A DNA stretch of 64,000 nucleotides from assembly GCA_963779415.1 (NCBI GenBank), contig CAVZYA010000001.1:1088001-1152000 (forward strand), in the 5' to 3' direction. Positions within the stretch are counted from its first letter, which is position 1; every line of letters begins with the position of its first letter. The notes below the pieces were generated by a model that was not told the origin of the DNA, did not search any database, and saw only the letters and a program-made list of their open reading frames with translations. The translations under genes and the position numbers were made by a program. Source of the DNA: an uncultured Acidobacteriota bacterium. Its GTDB lineage: Bacteria; Acidobacteriota; Thermoanaerobaculia; UBA5066. This document shows positions 1 to 9,466 of this stretch, in pieces.

Positions 1-696
1 GGGCTGCACGAGGCGCGCTCCGGCCGGAACCGGGGCGCCTCCCGGATAGAAGATCCGGCGCGTCCCGGGATGGGACGAGATCCGCGCGGCCTGCTGCGCG
101 AGGTCCTCCGTCAGCCACTCCGGAACCGTGAAGCCGTCGCGGGCGAGCGCGACGGCCGGCTCGACGAGGCGGCGCCAGGGAAGGCGCCCCAGCTTCTCGT
201 GAAGAAGGGCGAGGCCACGGACCGTCCCGGGCGTCGCGACCGAAAGGCCCCCCTCGAGAGACGCGTTTCCCCGCGGCGATCCGTCGGGGAGAAGATAGCT
301 CCGCGCCCACGTCCCCGCCGGCGCCGTCTCGCGGAAGTCGAGCGCCCAGAGGAGTCCGTCCGCCGTCCGAATGACGGCGAAGCCTCCGCCGGCCAGGTTG
401 CCCGCTTCCGGGTAGGTCACCGCGAGTGCGAACGCCGTGGCGACGGCGGCATCGACGGCGTTCCCGCCGTCGGCGAGGACCGCCGCCCCGACACGCGACG
501 CGTTCCTCTCCGCGGATGAGACGACTCCACGCCTCGACGAGACGGTCGGTGCCGGGCCGAATGGCTCGCGAGGCACCTCAGGCGGGGTCCCGGCTGCAGG
601 AGAGGGTCGCGGCATCGCGAGGGCGAAAGCCGCGGCCGAGAGGACCCCGACGGCAATCCGCGAGGTGCGCCGCCCCGGGAGAAATTCCGGCCGCAC
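1..696 (-). CDS. ggt: Gamma-glutamyltransferase, 5' part; runs off the window start
   Basis: Manual minus-strand translation from GTG at 696 gives a signal-peptide-like N-terminus, then VLADGGNAVDAAVATAFALAVTYPEAGNLAGGGFAVIR, the GGT N-terminal signature. Not in the ORF track because it is partial. Confidence 0.9.
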   Translation of the reverse strand, partial: MRPEFLPGRRTSRIAVGVLSAAAFALAMPRPSPAAGTPPEVPREPFGPAPTVSSRRGVVSSAERNASRVGAAVLADGGNAVDAAVATAFALAVTYPEAGNLAGGGFAVIRTADGLLWALDFRETAPAGTWARSYLLPDGSPRGNASLEGGLSVATPGTVRGLALLHEKLGRLPWRRLVEPAVALARDGFTVPEWLTEDLAQQAARISSHPGTRRIFYPGGAPVPAGARLVQP

Positions 697-709
697 GGCG
701 CGCCCCGAC

Positions 710-3496
710 CTACTCGAGCGCCATCGAGAGATTCTGATCGCCGCCGGTCGCGAGAATGATCGAGCGGCGGACGCCCTCCGCCAGATCGACCCGGAGGCTT
801 CCGTAGCCTCGCCATGTTCCATCGGCGGAGAAGACCCACGCGCGCAACTCTCCGGTCCCGGTCGGAAGCTCGACGTCCGCCTCGAGGAGCCCGCCGGACC
901 GGCCGCCGAAACCGAAGCTCCGGCGGAGGACCTCCGCTCCGTTCATCCGGACGAAGAGAGTCCCGGATCCGACGGAACTTCGCAGGATCACGTGCAGCGG
1001 AGGCCCCGCACCCGATTCGGGCGCCGAGGCCACGGTCTCGGGCACGGGGGCGACCGGCGGCCGCTCGACCCGGAGTGCCTTCAGCCGCGCCTCGGCCTTC
1101 CGCCGCTCCGCTCGAGGAAGCCGGCGGATCGCTTCGATCGCCGTACGCTGAAGACCAACGGCTTCCGGATCTCCCGGATCGAGCGACAGCACGGTCTCCG
1201 CTTCCGCCGCGACTCTCGGAAGGTCTCCCGCCGTCTGCGCGTCCTTCGCCGCGGCGAGGTGCTGCGCGACCTCGGCGGCCACGCGCTCGCGCCCGGCCTT
1301 CCTTGTGAGGAGGCGATCCACTCGGAGGATCGCTTCCTTCGCCGAGCTCGACTCCGGAGCCACGCGCGCCAGCTCGAGGAACGACTTCTTGGCTTCCTCC
1401 AGCTTCCCGTCCGAAAGAAGCCGGTTTCCTTCCTCGAGGAGGTGCCTCTTCTGCGAAACGGCCGCTTCTGCCGCGGCCACCTCGCGCTCACCCGTCGGGA
1501 CGATCTGCCGGCTCCTCGCAAAGAGAACGCCGACGATGACGACCGCCGGCACGAGGAGAACGCCGACGATCGCCCCCGCCCAGCGCCGGTTGACCTCGCG
1601 GCGAAGGACGCCGGCTAGAGCCTCCCGCCCGGTGGTGGGTTCGGCCGCGCCCTCGAGCCGCGGCGCTCCGTTGCGAGGCGGCGCCGGTGCGGACGCCGCT
1701 CGCGGCGCTTCGGGCTTCGAGAGAGCCGGCTTTTCCTTCAACGAGGCCGTCGCGCCCTCCAGCCGTATCGGTGCCGATCTCTCCCTGACCGGCGCCGGCG
1801 GGGGAAGCGGGGCGGGGGTTCCGAAGGTCGTCTCTTCCGGCGGCGGCCATGCCAATCGCGGCGACGCGGTCGCGGGCGGCGAGACGGCAGGGGGCGCGGA
1901 GGTCCGTGTCGGGGAGAGGGGCTTGCCGATCGGGGGCACCGGGGAAAGCCGGCTCGATCCCGTCGCCTCCGGGGGAAGGGCGGGGGGGCGCGGTCCCGGA
2001 CCGGCTCCGTCGGGAAGAGCCGGCGGCGTCACGGAAGTGCCTCGCCGGACCGGGATCTCCGACTCGCCGGCCTTCGGCAGCGTGGAGGTATCGAGCGCCG
2101 GAACGGGCCGAAGAGAGGTCCGCGGAGTCTCCGTCGGTCGGGGCGTCTCCTTCTCCTCAGCCTTCGGCCCGGCGATCACCGGCCTCGCCGTGGAGATCGG
2201 ATTCGTGCTGAGCGACGTCTCCTTCTCGGCGAGCGGCTCGTCGGGCGGGCGCTTCCTCGCTCCTCGCGGGAGATCCGTGATCATCGTCCCCGGCGAAGAG
2301 GGGATCGGCTCGCGCGCGGCCGCCTCCCGGGGCATCTCGCGAGGCAGCGGCCTCTTCACGGCGTCCGTATCGAGGCTCCAGTCGGGCGTCGATCCGTCCA
2401 GATCGCTCATGGGCGCCGAGGCGACGATCTGCGGATTCAGGTCGTCTCTCCGCCGGGCGAGCGCCTCGAGCGGCCCCGTCACGTCGGTCGGAGGCGCTGC
2501 CGCCGGGATCCGGATCGTCGTCTCGGGGGTCCGGGCTCTCACGCTCGTGGGAGGCGCCGCCGGCGTCTCGACCGGGGCCACGGGCCCGAGCCTCTCGGCC
2601 TGCGCCACCATCTCGCCGAGGTTCCGGATGAGCTGGTATTCCGCCTGCCGGGCTCCGAGCTCCGCGAGCGACTGCCCGAAGTCGGCCGCGCGCTGATAGC
2701 GCGACGCCGGATCCTTCGCGAGCGCCTTGGCGATGATCGGCTCGAAATCGCTCGGGATCCCCGGATCGATCGTCCTCAGGAGCGGATACTCCTCGTGGAC
2801 GATCTTGTAGGAGATCGACGTCACGTTGTCGCCGAGAAACGGCTTGCGCTTCGTGAGGAGCTCGTAGAGAACGACGCCGAGCGAGAAGATGTCGCTCCGC
2901 CCGTCCACTGTCTCGCCCGTCACCTGCTCGGGCGACATGTAGTTCGGGGTTCCGAGAAATTGCCCCGTTTCCGTGAGGCTCGAAGTCTCGATCTTCGCGA
3001 TCCCGAAGTCCGTGATCTTCACTGTTCCGTCGGGCGTGATGATGATGTTCGCGGGCTTGACGTCGCGGTGAACGATCCCCTTCCGGTGGGCGTAATCGAG
3101 GGCCGCCGCGACCTGGGCGATCACGTCCGCGGTCCTCTCGAAGGCGAGACGCTCCTTTTCCCGGATGATCTGCTTGAGGTTCTTCCCCTCGACGTACTCC
3201 ATGGCGATGAAGGAGGTCTCGTCCTCCTCGCCGACGTCATGGACGGTGACGATGTTCGGATGCGAAAGGGTCCCGGCCGCCTGCGCCTCCCGGAGGAACC
3301 GCTCGGTGAACTCGCGCTGCTCGATGTCGTCCTCAGCCGCGACACGGATGGTCTTCAGGGCGACGAGACGCCCGATCACGGGGTCGCGACCGAGGTAGAC
3401 GACCCCCATCGCTCCCTTGCCGAGCTCGCGCACGACCTCATAGCGGCCGAATCGCTTCGGAAGGTTCGCGGCGGACGACCCGGACTCGGCGGGCAA
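710..3496 (-). CDS. Membrane-anchored Hanks-type Ser/Thr protein kinase with Pro-rich linker, one TM helix and TPR-like extracytoplasmic region
   Basis: Motifs GKGAMGVVY, VALK, HRDVKPAN, DFG and GTPNYMSPE. TM segment WAGAIVGVLLVPAVVIVGVLFA. GGAGG Shine-Dalgarno upstream of a TTG start. Confidence 0.93.
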   Translation of the reverse strand: MPAESGSSAANLPKRFGRYEVVRELGKGAMGVVYLGRDPVIGRLVALKTIRVAAEDDIEQREFTERFLREAQAAGTLSHPNIVTVHDVGEEDETSFIAMEYVEGKNLKQIIREKERLAFERTADVIAQVAAALDYAHRKGIVHRDVKPANIIITPDGTVKITDFGIAKIETSSLTETGQFLGTPNYMSPEQVTGETVDGRSDIFSLGVVLYELLTKRKPFLGDNVTSISYKIVHEEYPLLRTIDPGIPSDFEPIIAKALAKDPASRYQRAADFGQSLAELGARQAEYQLIRNLGEMVAQAERLGPVAPVETPAAPPTSVRARTPETTIRIPAAAPPTDVTGPLEALARRRDDLNPQIVASAPMSDLDGSTPDWSLDTDAVKRPLPREMPREAAAREPIPSSPGTMITDLPRGARKRPPDEPLAEKETSLSTNPISTARPVIAGPKAEEKETPRPTETPRTSLRPVPALDTSTLPKAGESEIPVRRGTSVTPPALPDGAGPGPRPPALPPEATGSSRLSPVPPIGKPLSPTRTSAPPAVSPPATASPRLAWPPPEETTFGTPAPLPPPAPVRERSAPIRLEGATASLKEKPALSKPEAPRAASAPAPPRNGAPRLEGAAEPTTGREALAGVLRREVNRRWAGAIVGVLLVPAVVIVGVLFARSRQIVPTGEREVAAAEAAVSQKRHLLEEGNRLLSDGKLEEAKKSFLELARVAPESSSAKEAILRVDRLLTRKAGRERVAAEVAQHLAAAKDAQTAGDLPRVAAEAETVLSLDPGDPEAVGLQRTAIEAIRRLPRAERRKAEARLKALRVERPPVAPVPETVASAPESGAGPPLHVILRSSVGSGTLFVRMNGAEVLRRSFGFGGRSGGLLEADVELPTGTGELRAWVFSADGTWRGYGSLRVDLAEGVRRSIILATGGDQNLSMALE

Positions 3497-3546
3497 ACGA
3501 CCTCCTCCGGACGTCGCGTCCGGATTCCTTCACGGTTCCTCCGAAA

Positions 3547-3605
3547 ATTCTAACAGGCTCCGGCCGTCGAAAAACGTCCGATTGCTGTGCGCCTCTTCCT
3601 ATAAT
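3547..3605. promoter_or_regulatory. Divergent sigma70-like -10 boxes for the kinase and fusA
   Basis: Minus strand TGtTAGAAT (extended -10, 3547-3555) and plus strand TATAAT (3600-3605) in an AT-richer intergenic gap. Confidence 0.55.
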
Positions 3606-3643
3606 CGCGCTTCGCCCCGGAGCGCCATGAGAGGAAACCCCGA

Positions 3644-5735
3644 ATGAAAGTCTTCCCCGCCTCGGCCATCCACAACGTCGCCTTCGTCGGCCACAACGGC
3701 GTCGGAAAAACGACGCTCGCCTCCGCCCTCCTTCACGAGGCCGGCGCCGTCCCGCGGTTCGGCCGCGTGGAGGACGGCAGCGCCCCCACCGATTTCGACC
3801 CCGAGGAGGTCGAACGGAAGATCTCGATCGGCCTCGCGGTCGCCTCGCTCGAGTGGAAGAAGAGGAAGATCAACCTGATCGACACGCCCGGTTATGGCAT
3901 CTTCGTCTCGGAGATGGTTTGCGGGATGCGCGCCGCGGACGCCGCGATCCTCGTGGTGGACGCCGTCGCGGGGGTCCAGGTGCAGACCGAAAAGGCCTGG
4001 AAGGTGGCCGACGAGCTCGGCCTCCCCCGCCTCGTCGTCGTCAACCGGATGGACCGGGAGAACGCCGACGGAGGCCGGGTCATGGACCAGCTCCGGAACA
4101 AGTTCGGCCGCGTCTGCATCGCGGCCGAGGCGCCGATCGGCAAGGAGAAGGGGTTCCGCGGCGTCATCGACCTGATCTCGATGCAGGGCTACCTGACGGA
4201 CGAAGGCAGGGAAGACGGCCCCCGGCCCCATCCCCGCGGAGTTCGCCGCCGACGCCGCCACGCTCCACGAAGCGCTCGTCGAGATGGTGGCCGAAGGGGA
4301 CGACAAGCTGATGGAGCAGTTCTTCAGCCAGGGAAACCTGACCGAGGAGCAGATGCACCCGGCCCTCCGCGCCGCCATCCGGTCGCGCCGGATCGCGCCG
4401 GTCCTCTTCACGGCGTCCGGAAGCCACGAGACAGGCGTCGAGAAGCTCCTCGACGAGATCATCGACCTTCTCCCGACGGCCGACGGCTTCCAGGCCGTCG
4501 CGAAGGGGAAGGACGGGAAGAGCGAGGCCCTTCCGGTCGACCCCGCCGGCCCTCCCGCCGCCTATGTCTTCAAGACGATCTCCGACCCGTTCGCGGGACG
4601 GCTGACCCTCTTCCGTGTCGTCTCCGGGACCTTCCGGCCGGACACGAACTACTGGAACGGGACGCGCGAGGTGGCCGAGAGATTCGGTCCCCTCTTTTCG
4701 CCGCTCGGCAAGCAGCAGCAGTCCGTGCCCGAGGTTCCGGCGGGGGACATCGGCGGCATCGCGAAACTGAAGGAGACGCTCACCGGCGACTCCCTTTCCG
4801 GCAAGGAGAAGCCCTTCCTCTTCTCTCCGATCGAGTTCGCCGATCCGGCCATCTCGTTCGCCATCGAGCCGAAGGCGAAAGGCGACGAGGACAAGATCTC
4901 CGCCGCGATCCACAAGCTCGTGGAGGAGGACCCGTCGCTGAAGTTCTCCCGCGACGCCGACACGCACCAGTTCCTCCTCTCGGGCGCCGGTCAGCTCCAC
5001 GTCGAGATCGCCGTCTCCCGGATGAAGCGGAAGTCGGGGGTCGAGGTGATCCTCCATCCGCCGAAGGTCCCTTACCGGGAGACGGTCACCCGCTCCGCCG
5101 AAGGGCACGGCCGGCACAAGAAACAGACGGGCGGCCACGGCCAGTTCGCCGACTGCAAGATCCGGATCAAGCCGCTCGTGCGCGGCGCCGACTTCGAGTT
5201 CGACGACGATACGTTCGGCGGCTCGATCCCGCGCGGGTTCATCCCGGCGATCGAAAAGGGGATCCAGGACGTCCGCCGGCGGGGGTACCTCGCCGGCTTC
5301 CCGATGGTCGACTTCCGCGTGGAGGTCTACGACGGGCAGTACCACGACGTCGACTCCTCCGAGATGGCCTTCAAGATCGCGGGATCCCTCGCCTACAAGG
5401 ACGCGATGGAGAGGGCCCGGCCCACGATCCTCGAGCCGATCATGAAGGTCGCCATCCAGGCGCCGCAGGAGTACATGGGCGACCTGATGGGCGACCTGAC
5501 GAGCCGCCGCGGGCGTCCCGCCGGGATGGAGACCGCGGGGGACGACGCCGTGATCCGGGCCGAGGTGCCGCTCGCCGAAATGATCTCCTACGCCCCCGTC
5601 CTCCGCTCCATCACGCAGGGGCGCGGCTCCTTCACGATGGAGATGGACCACTACGAGGAGGTTCCCCGCCCCATCCAGGAGAAGCTCATCGGGGAGTACC
5701 AGAAGAGCCGCAAGGCCGAGGTCGTCGAAGAGTGA
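3644..5735 (+). CDS. fusA: Elongation factor G paralogue (EF-G2-like), split by a frameshift near 4200-4230
   Basis: ORF 3644 has GHNGVGKT, DTPGY and NRMD. ORF 4284..5735 has domains II-V (KKQTGGHGQFADC, YHDVDSSEMAFKIA). The two frames join near ...LTDE/KAGKTAPGPIPAEF. Confidence 0.9.
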
Positions 5736-5747
5736 CGGGAGACGGAT

Positions 5748-5779
5748 CTCCTGCATGCACATGCATGCAGGAGTAGACT
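5748..5779 (+). promoter_or_regulatory. Palindromic operator and -10 box of the first vapBC operon
   Basis: Perfect 12-bp inverted repeat CTCCTGCATGCA-CA-TGCATGCAGGAG (5748-5773), immediately followed by TAGACT (5774-5779), 6 nt before the ATG. Confidence 0.7.
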
Positions 5780-5785
5780 CGGTTC

Positions 5786-6025
5786 ATGAGAACGACCATC
5801 GAGCTCAAGGATGAGCACCGGGCGGCGCTTCTGGCGCTTGCCGCCCGCCGGAAGAAGAAGGGGTTCTCGACCCTGATCGGCGAGGCGGTCGACGTCTATC
5901 TGAAGTCCGTCCGGGACGAAGACGCGAAGCGACGGCGGGCGCTGGCAGCCCGAGGCTCCTTCACGGACAAGGAAGCCGAGGAGCTACGAGAGCGCGTGAG
6001 GGAAATTCACGAGTCATGGCGCTGA
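5786..6025 (+). CDS. Ribbon-helix-helix antitoxin (VapB-like)
   Basis: 79 aa, starts MRTTIEL (RHH beta strand), overlaps a PIN toxin gene. Confidence 0.8.
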   Translation: MRTTIELKDEHRAALLALAARRKKKGFSTLIGEAVDVYLKSVRDEDAKRRRALAARGSFTDKEAEELRERVREIHESWR

Positions 6026-6402
6026 TCGTCGCCGACAGTGATGTCCTGATCGACTACCTGAACGACGTCAATCCGAGCGCGGACCGCATCGAGACGGAGC
6101 TTCGGCGAATGAACCTGGCCACGACAGCGGTTTCGCGCTTCGAGGTCGTCGCGGGAGTCCGCGACGAGAAGCAGCGGCGCCGCGTCGAGGCCCTCCTCGA
6201 ATCCGCGGTGACTCTTCCTCTGGACGGGGCGGCAGCGGACCGGGCCGCCGGAGTCCGGAGGACGCTGGAGAAGGCGGGTCGGAAGATCGGCATGGCCGAC
6301 TGCCTGATCGCCGGCATCGTGCTTTCCGCCGACGGGACCCTCCTGACCCGGAACCGGCGCGAGTTCGACCGGGTGGCCGGCCTCCGCGTCGAGAGTCCCT
6401 GA
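6016..6402 (+). CDS. vapC: PIN-domain toxin
   Basis: IVADSDVLID, FEV, MADCLIAG and LLTRNRREF carry the acidic PIN motif; 128 aa. Confidence 0.9.
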   Translation: MALIVADSDVLIDYLNDVNPSADRIETELRRMNLATTAVSRFEVVAGVRDEKQRRRVEALLESAVTLPLDGAAADRAAGVRRTLEKAGRKIGMADCLIAGIVLSADGTLLTRNRREFDRVAGLRVESP

Positions 6403-6408
6403 GATTCC

Positions 6409-7188
6409 TCACGCCCCGTGCACGCCCGGCTTGGATGTCGCGATGAACTCGTGGAGGAACTTCACGTCCTCCGACGACGCGGCGAGTTCCGCGAGGCCCG
6501 CGAGGAGCGCCGCGTGGTCGTGCCGGTTGCGGTGCATGAGCCGGTAGGCCTTCTGGAGCGCCTTGACCCGCTCCTCGGAGAAGCCCTTCCGTGAGAGTCC
6601 GACGCTGTTGATCTTCCACGCCTTCGTCTCGCGCTCCGAAGACGTCCAGCAGAACGGCAGGACGTCCTTGTTGATCGGCGTGAAGGCGCCGAGGAAGGCG
6701 TGGCGGCCGACCCGGAGAAACTGCTTGATCACGCAGAACCCGCCGATGATGGCGTCGTCCTCAATGACGCAGTGACCCGCGAGGGAGGCGGCGTTCGCGA
6801 AGACCGTCCGGTTCCCGATCACGCAGTCGTGCGCGATGTGCACGTACGACATGAAGAAGTTGTCGTCGCCGATGACCGTCGTCCCGTGTCCGGTCATCGT
6901 TCCGCGGTGCGCGGTCGAGAACTCCCGGAAGATGTTCCGGTTCCCGACGACGAGCGTCGTCGGCTCCCCCTTGTACTTCAGGTCCTGAGGCGGGCCGCCG
7001 AGGGCGACGTGCGCGTGGATCCGGTTCGCCTCGCCGATCGTGGCCGGCCCCTCGATCACGGCGTGGGGGCCCACGGTCGTTGCCGCGCCGATCGTGACGC
7101 CGGCGCCGAGGACCGCGTACGGGCCGATCTCGGCCTCGGCATGTACCGTCGCGCGCGGGTCGACGACGGCCGTCGGGTGAATCGGCAT
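6409..7188 (-). CDS. lpxA: UDP-N-acetylglucosamine acyltransferase
   Basis: True start [11 protein letters not shown] at 7188. Hexapeptide repeats, PQDLKYKGE, HIAHDC. Confidence 0.95.
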   Translation of the reverse strand: MPIHPTAVVDPRATVHAEAEIGPYAVLGAGVTIGAATTVGPHAVIEGPATIGEANRIHAHVALGGPPQDLKYKGEPTTLVVGNRNIFREFSTAHRGTMTGHGTTVIGDDNFFMSYVHIAHDCVIGNRTVFANAASLAGHCVIEDDAIIGGFCVIKQFLRVGRHAFLGAFTPINKDVLPFCWTSSERETKAWKINSVGLSRKGFSEERVKALQKAYRLMHRNRHDHAALLAGLAELAASSEDVKFLHEFIATSKPGVHGA

Positions 7189-7670
7189 CAGCCCACCATC
7201 CCTTCGGGGAGGTCGAGCAGGCTCGACATCAGCTCGGCTTCCGCCGCGAGCCGGCCGTCCACGTGCGCCTCGCCCCGGATCTTGATGAAGGAACTCCTCG
7301 CCGTGAGGATCTCGACCGTGATCACGAGCTGGTCCCCGGGGAACACCGGCCGCCGGAACCGCGCCTTGTCGATCGCGGCGAAGTACATCGCCTTCCGCCC
7401 CTTGATCGACGGATCGGAGGCGGTGACGAGGCACCCTCCGACCTGCGCCATCGCCTCGAGGATCAGGACCCCCGGCATCACCGGATGCCCGGGGAAGTGC
7501 CCCTGGAAGAACTCTTCGTTCACCGAGACATTCTTCAGCCCGACGGCCCGCTTGCCGAGCTCGAGCGAGAGGATCCGGTCGACGAGCAGGAACGGGTAGC
7601 GGTGCGGGAGGATCCGGAGGATCGTCGCGATGTCCATGAGCCGGGCGGCTCCGCGCTTCGGTTCGCTCAT
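7188..7670 (-). CDS. fabZ: 3-hydroxyacyl-ACP dehydratase
   Basis: [13 protein letters not shown] and [23 protein letters not shown]; ATG at 7670. Confidence 0.95.
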   Translation of the reverse strand: MSEPKRGAARLMDIATILRILPHRYPFLLVDRILSLELGKRAVGLKNVSVNEEFFQGHFPGHPVMPGVLILEAMAQVGGCLVTASDPSIKGRKAMYFAAIDKARFRRPVFPGDQLVITVEILTARSSFIKIRGEAHVDGRLAAEAELMSSLLDLPEGMVG

Positions 7671-8701
7671 CGTGCTTCCTCGTCCTCCTTCTTCGCGAGC
7701 CGCGCCGCGATCTCCCGGACGGTACGGGACGTTTCCGGAAGCCGTCGCAGCTCGGACGTGACGCGCAGCGCGTCGCGGTGCCGCATGTGAGGCGTGCCGA
7801 AGACCTTCTCGCCGTCCGGGACGTCGCCATCGATGCCGGTCTGGGCACCGGCCATGACGCCGTCGCCGATCCGGAGATGGCCGGCGACCCCCACCTGCCC
7901 GCCGAGCATCACGCCGTCGCCCACCGTGGTCGACCCGGCGAGCCCGGCCTGTCCGCAGAGAATGTCGTGCCGGCCGACCCGGCAGTTGTGGCCGATCATG
8001 ACGAGATCGTCGATCTTCGTCCCCGCGCCGACGCGCGTCGCGTCCAGCGTCGCCCGGTCGATGCAGCTGTTGGCACCGATCTCGACGTCGTCCTCCACGA
8101 CGACGCCCCCGACCTGCGGCACCTTGACGAGGCCCGAAGGCCCCTTGGCGTACCCGAACCCGTCCGCCCCCAGGACGGCACCGGAGTGGATCTCGACGCG
8201 TGCCCCGAGGACCGTCCGATCGTAAAGGACGACGTGCGGGTGGAGCCAGGCGCCGTCGCCGACGACGCACGCGGCCCCGACCACCACATGCGCTTCGACG
8301 ATCGCCCCCGCGCCGATCCGGGACCCGTCACCGACGATGGCGTAGGGGCCGACCTCGGCCTCCGCGTGAATCGACGCCCCCGTGCCGATCACGGCCGACG
8401 GATGGACTCCGGGCCGTGCCGTTCGTCGCGGATGAAAGAGGCCAAGGACTGCCGCGACGGCGAACGACGGATCGTCGACCTCCACGACGGTCCGCCCGGG
8501 GAAAGCGGACGCGGATTTCGCGAGAAGAACGCCCGCGGCGGAAGCCGACGCGGCTTTCTGCGCGCGGTCATCGGTCACGAAGGCGAGATCCCCGGGACCC
8601 GCGGATTCGAGGGACGCCACGCCGCGCACCCGGTTCTCCCCGTCGCCGGACACGCGCCCGCCGGTCAGGGTCGCGATCTCGGCGACGGAGAACGTCGTCA
8701 C
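7667..8701 (-). CDS. lpxD: UDP-3-O-acylglucosamine N-acyltransferase
   Basis: Hexapeptide repeats, [30 protein letters not shown]. Confidence 0.95.
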   Translation of the reverse strand: MTTFSVAEIATLTGGRVSGDGENRVRGVASLESAGPGDLAFVTDDRAQKAASASAAGVLLAKSASAFPGRTVVEVDDPSFAVAAVLGLFHPRRTARPGVHPSAVIGTGASIHAEAEVGPYAIVGDGSRIGAGAIVEAHVVVGAACVVGDGAWLHPHVVLYDRTVLGARVEIHSGAVLGADGFGYAKGPSGLVKVPQVGGVVVEDDVEIGANSCIDRATLDATRVGAGTKIDDLVMIGHNCRVGRHDILCGQAGLAGSTTVGDGVMLGGQVGVAGHLRIGDGVMAGAQTGIDGDVPDGEKVFGTPHMRHRDALRVTSELRRLPETSRTVREIAARLAKKEDEEAR

Positions 8702-8721
8702 GGCAGGAGGCGAAAGAGCCG

Positions 8722-9378
8722 CTAGTTCTTCTTCGGGGCCGGCGTCGGGGCCGGGGCGGCGGGCTTCAGACCCATCCCGGCGGGCGCGGCCGCCCCGGGC
8801 TTCGCCGCCGCCGCGGGCTTCGCCGCCGCCGGGACCGTGATGAGCGTGTTGAAGCGCGTGATCACGGCGTTCGTGATGTCGGCGTCCTCGGACGCATAGA
8901 GGAGACCGCTGTTGAACTTGTTGAAGACGAGGGTGTACCCCATCTCCTTCCCGACGGCGTCGATCACCGGCATGATCCGCTCCTCGAGCGACTTCAGCTC
9001 CTTGCGCTGCGCTTCCTCGAGGTCGCGCTGGGCGTCGTCCTGGAACCGCTTCAGGTCGACCGCCTTGGCCTGGTAGTCCTTCTGGAGCTTCTCCATCGCG
9101 TCCTCGGAGAGGGACTTGCCCTGCTCCTGGATCTTCTGTTCCAGGTCGTGGAGCTCCTTCTGCCGCTTCGCCAGATCCTCCTGCTTGGCCTGCTGGAGCT
9201 TCTGGACGCGGGCGAGGGCCTCCTTGCCGACCGCGGACTCCTGGATGATCCGCTGTACCTCGATGACGGCGATCTTCTGGGGCGCCGCCGGCGACGGCGA
9301 GGCCGGCGCCTGCGCGACCACCGCCACGGGGAGCGCCGCAACGGCGGCACCCGCCACGAACGTGAGAATCCGATTCAT
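8722..9378 (-). CDS. skp: OmpH/Skp periplasmic chaperone
   Basis: Signal peptide, KIAVIEVQRI, coiled-coil body, DITNAVI; lies between bamA and lpxD. Confidence 0.9.
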   Translation of the reverse strand: MNRILTFVAGAAVAALPVAVVAQAPASPSPAAPQKIAVIEVQRIIQESAVGKEALARVQKLQQAKQEDLAKRQKELHDLEQKIQEQGKSLSEDAMEKLQKDYQAKAVDLKRFQDDAQRDLEEAQRKELKSLEERIMPVIDAVGKEMGYTLVFNKFNSGLLYASEDADITNAVITRFNTLITVPAAAKPAAAAKPGAAAPAGMGLKPAAPAPTPAPKKN

Positions 9379-9466
9379 GTGACGCGACTCCTTAACTCGA
9401 ATTGATCTCGCTGTGTCGCGGCGCCCGTCCGGCCCGCGGAGCGCCGGAGTTTACCTCAGGTGCCGT

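Noticed and set aside
8730-8835. Short tandem repeats at the skp 3' end, and Pro-rich repeats in the kinase linker
   Set aside because: They encode ordinary Ala/Pro/Lys low-complexity linkers and have no spacers.
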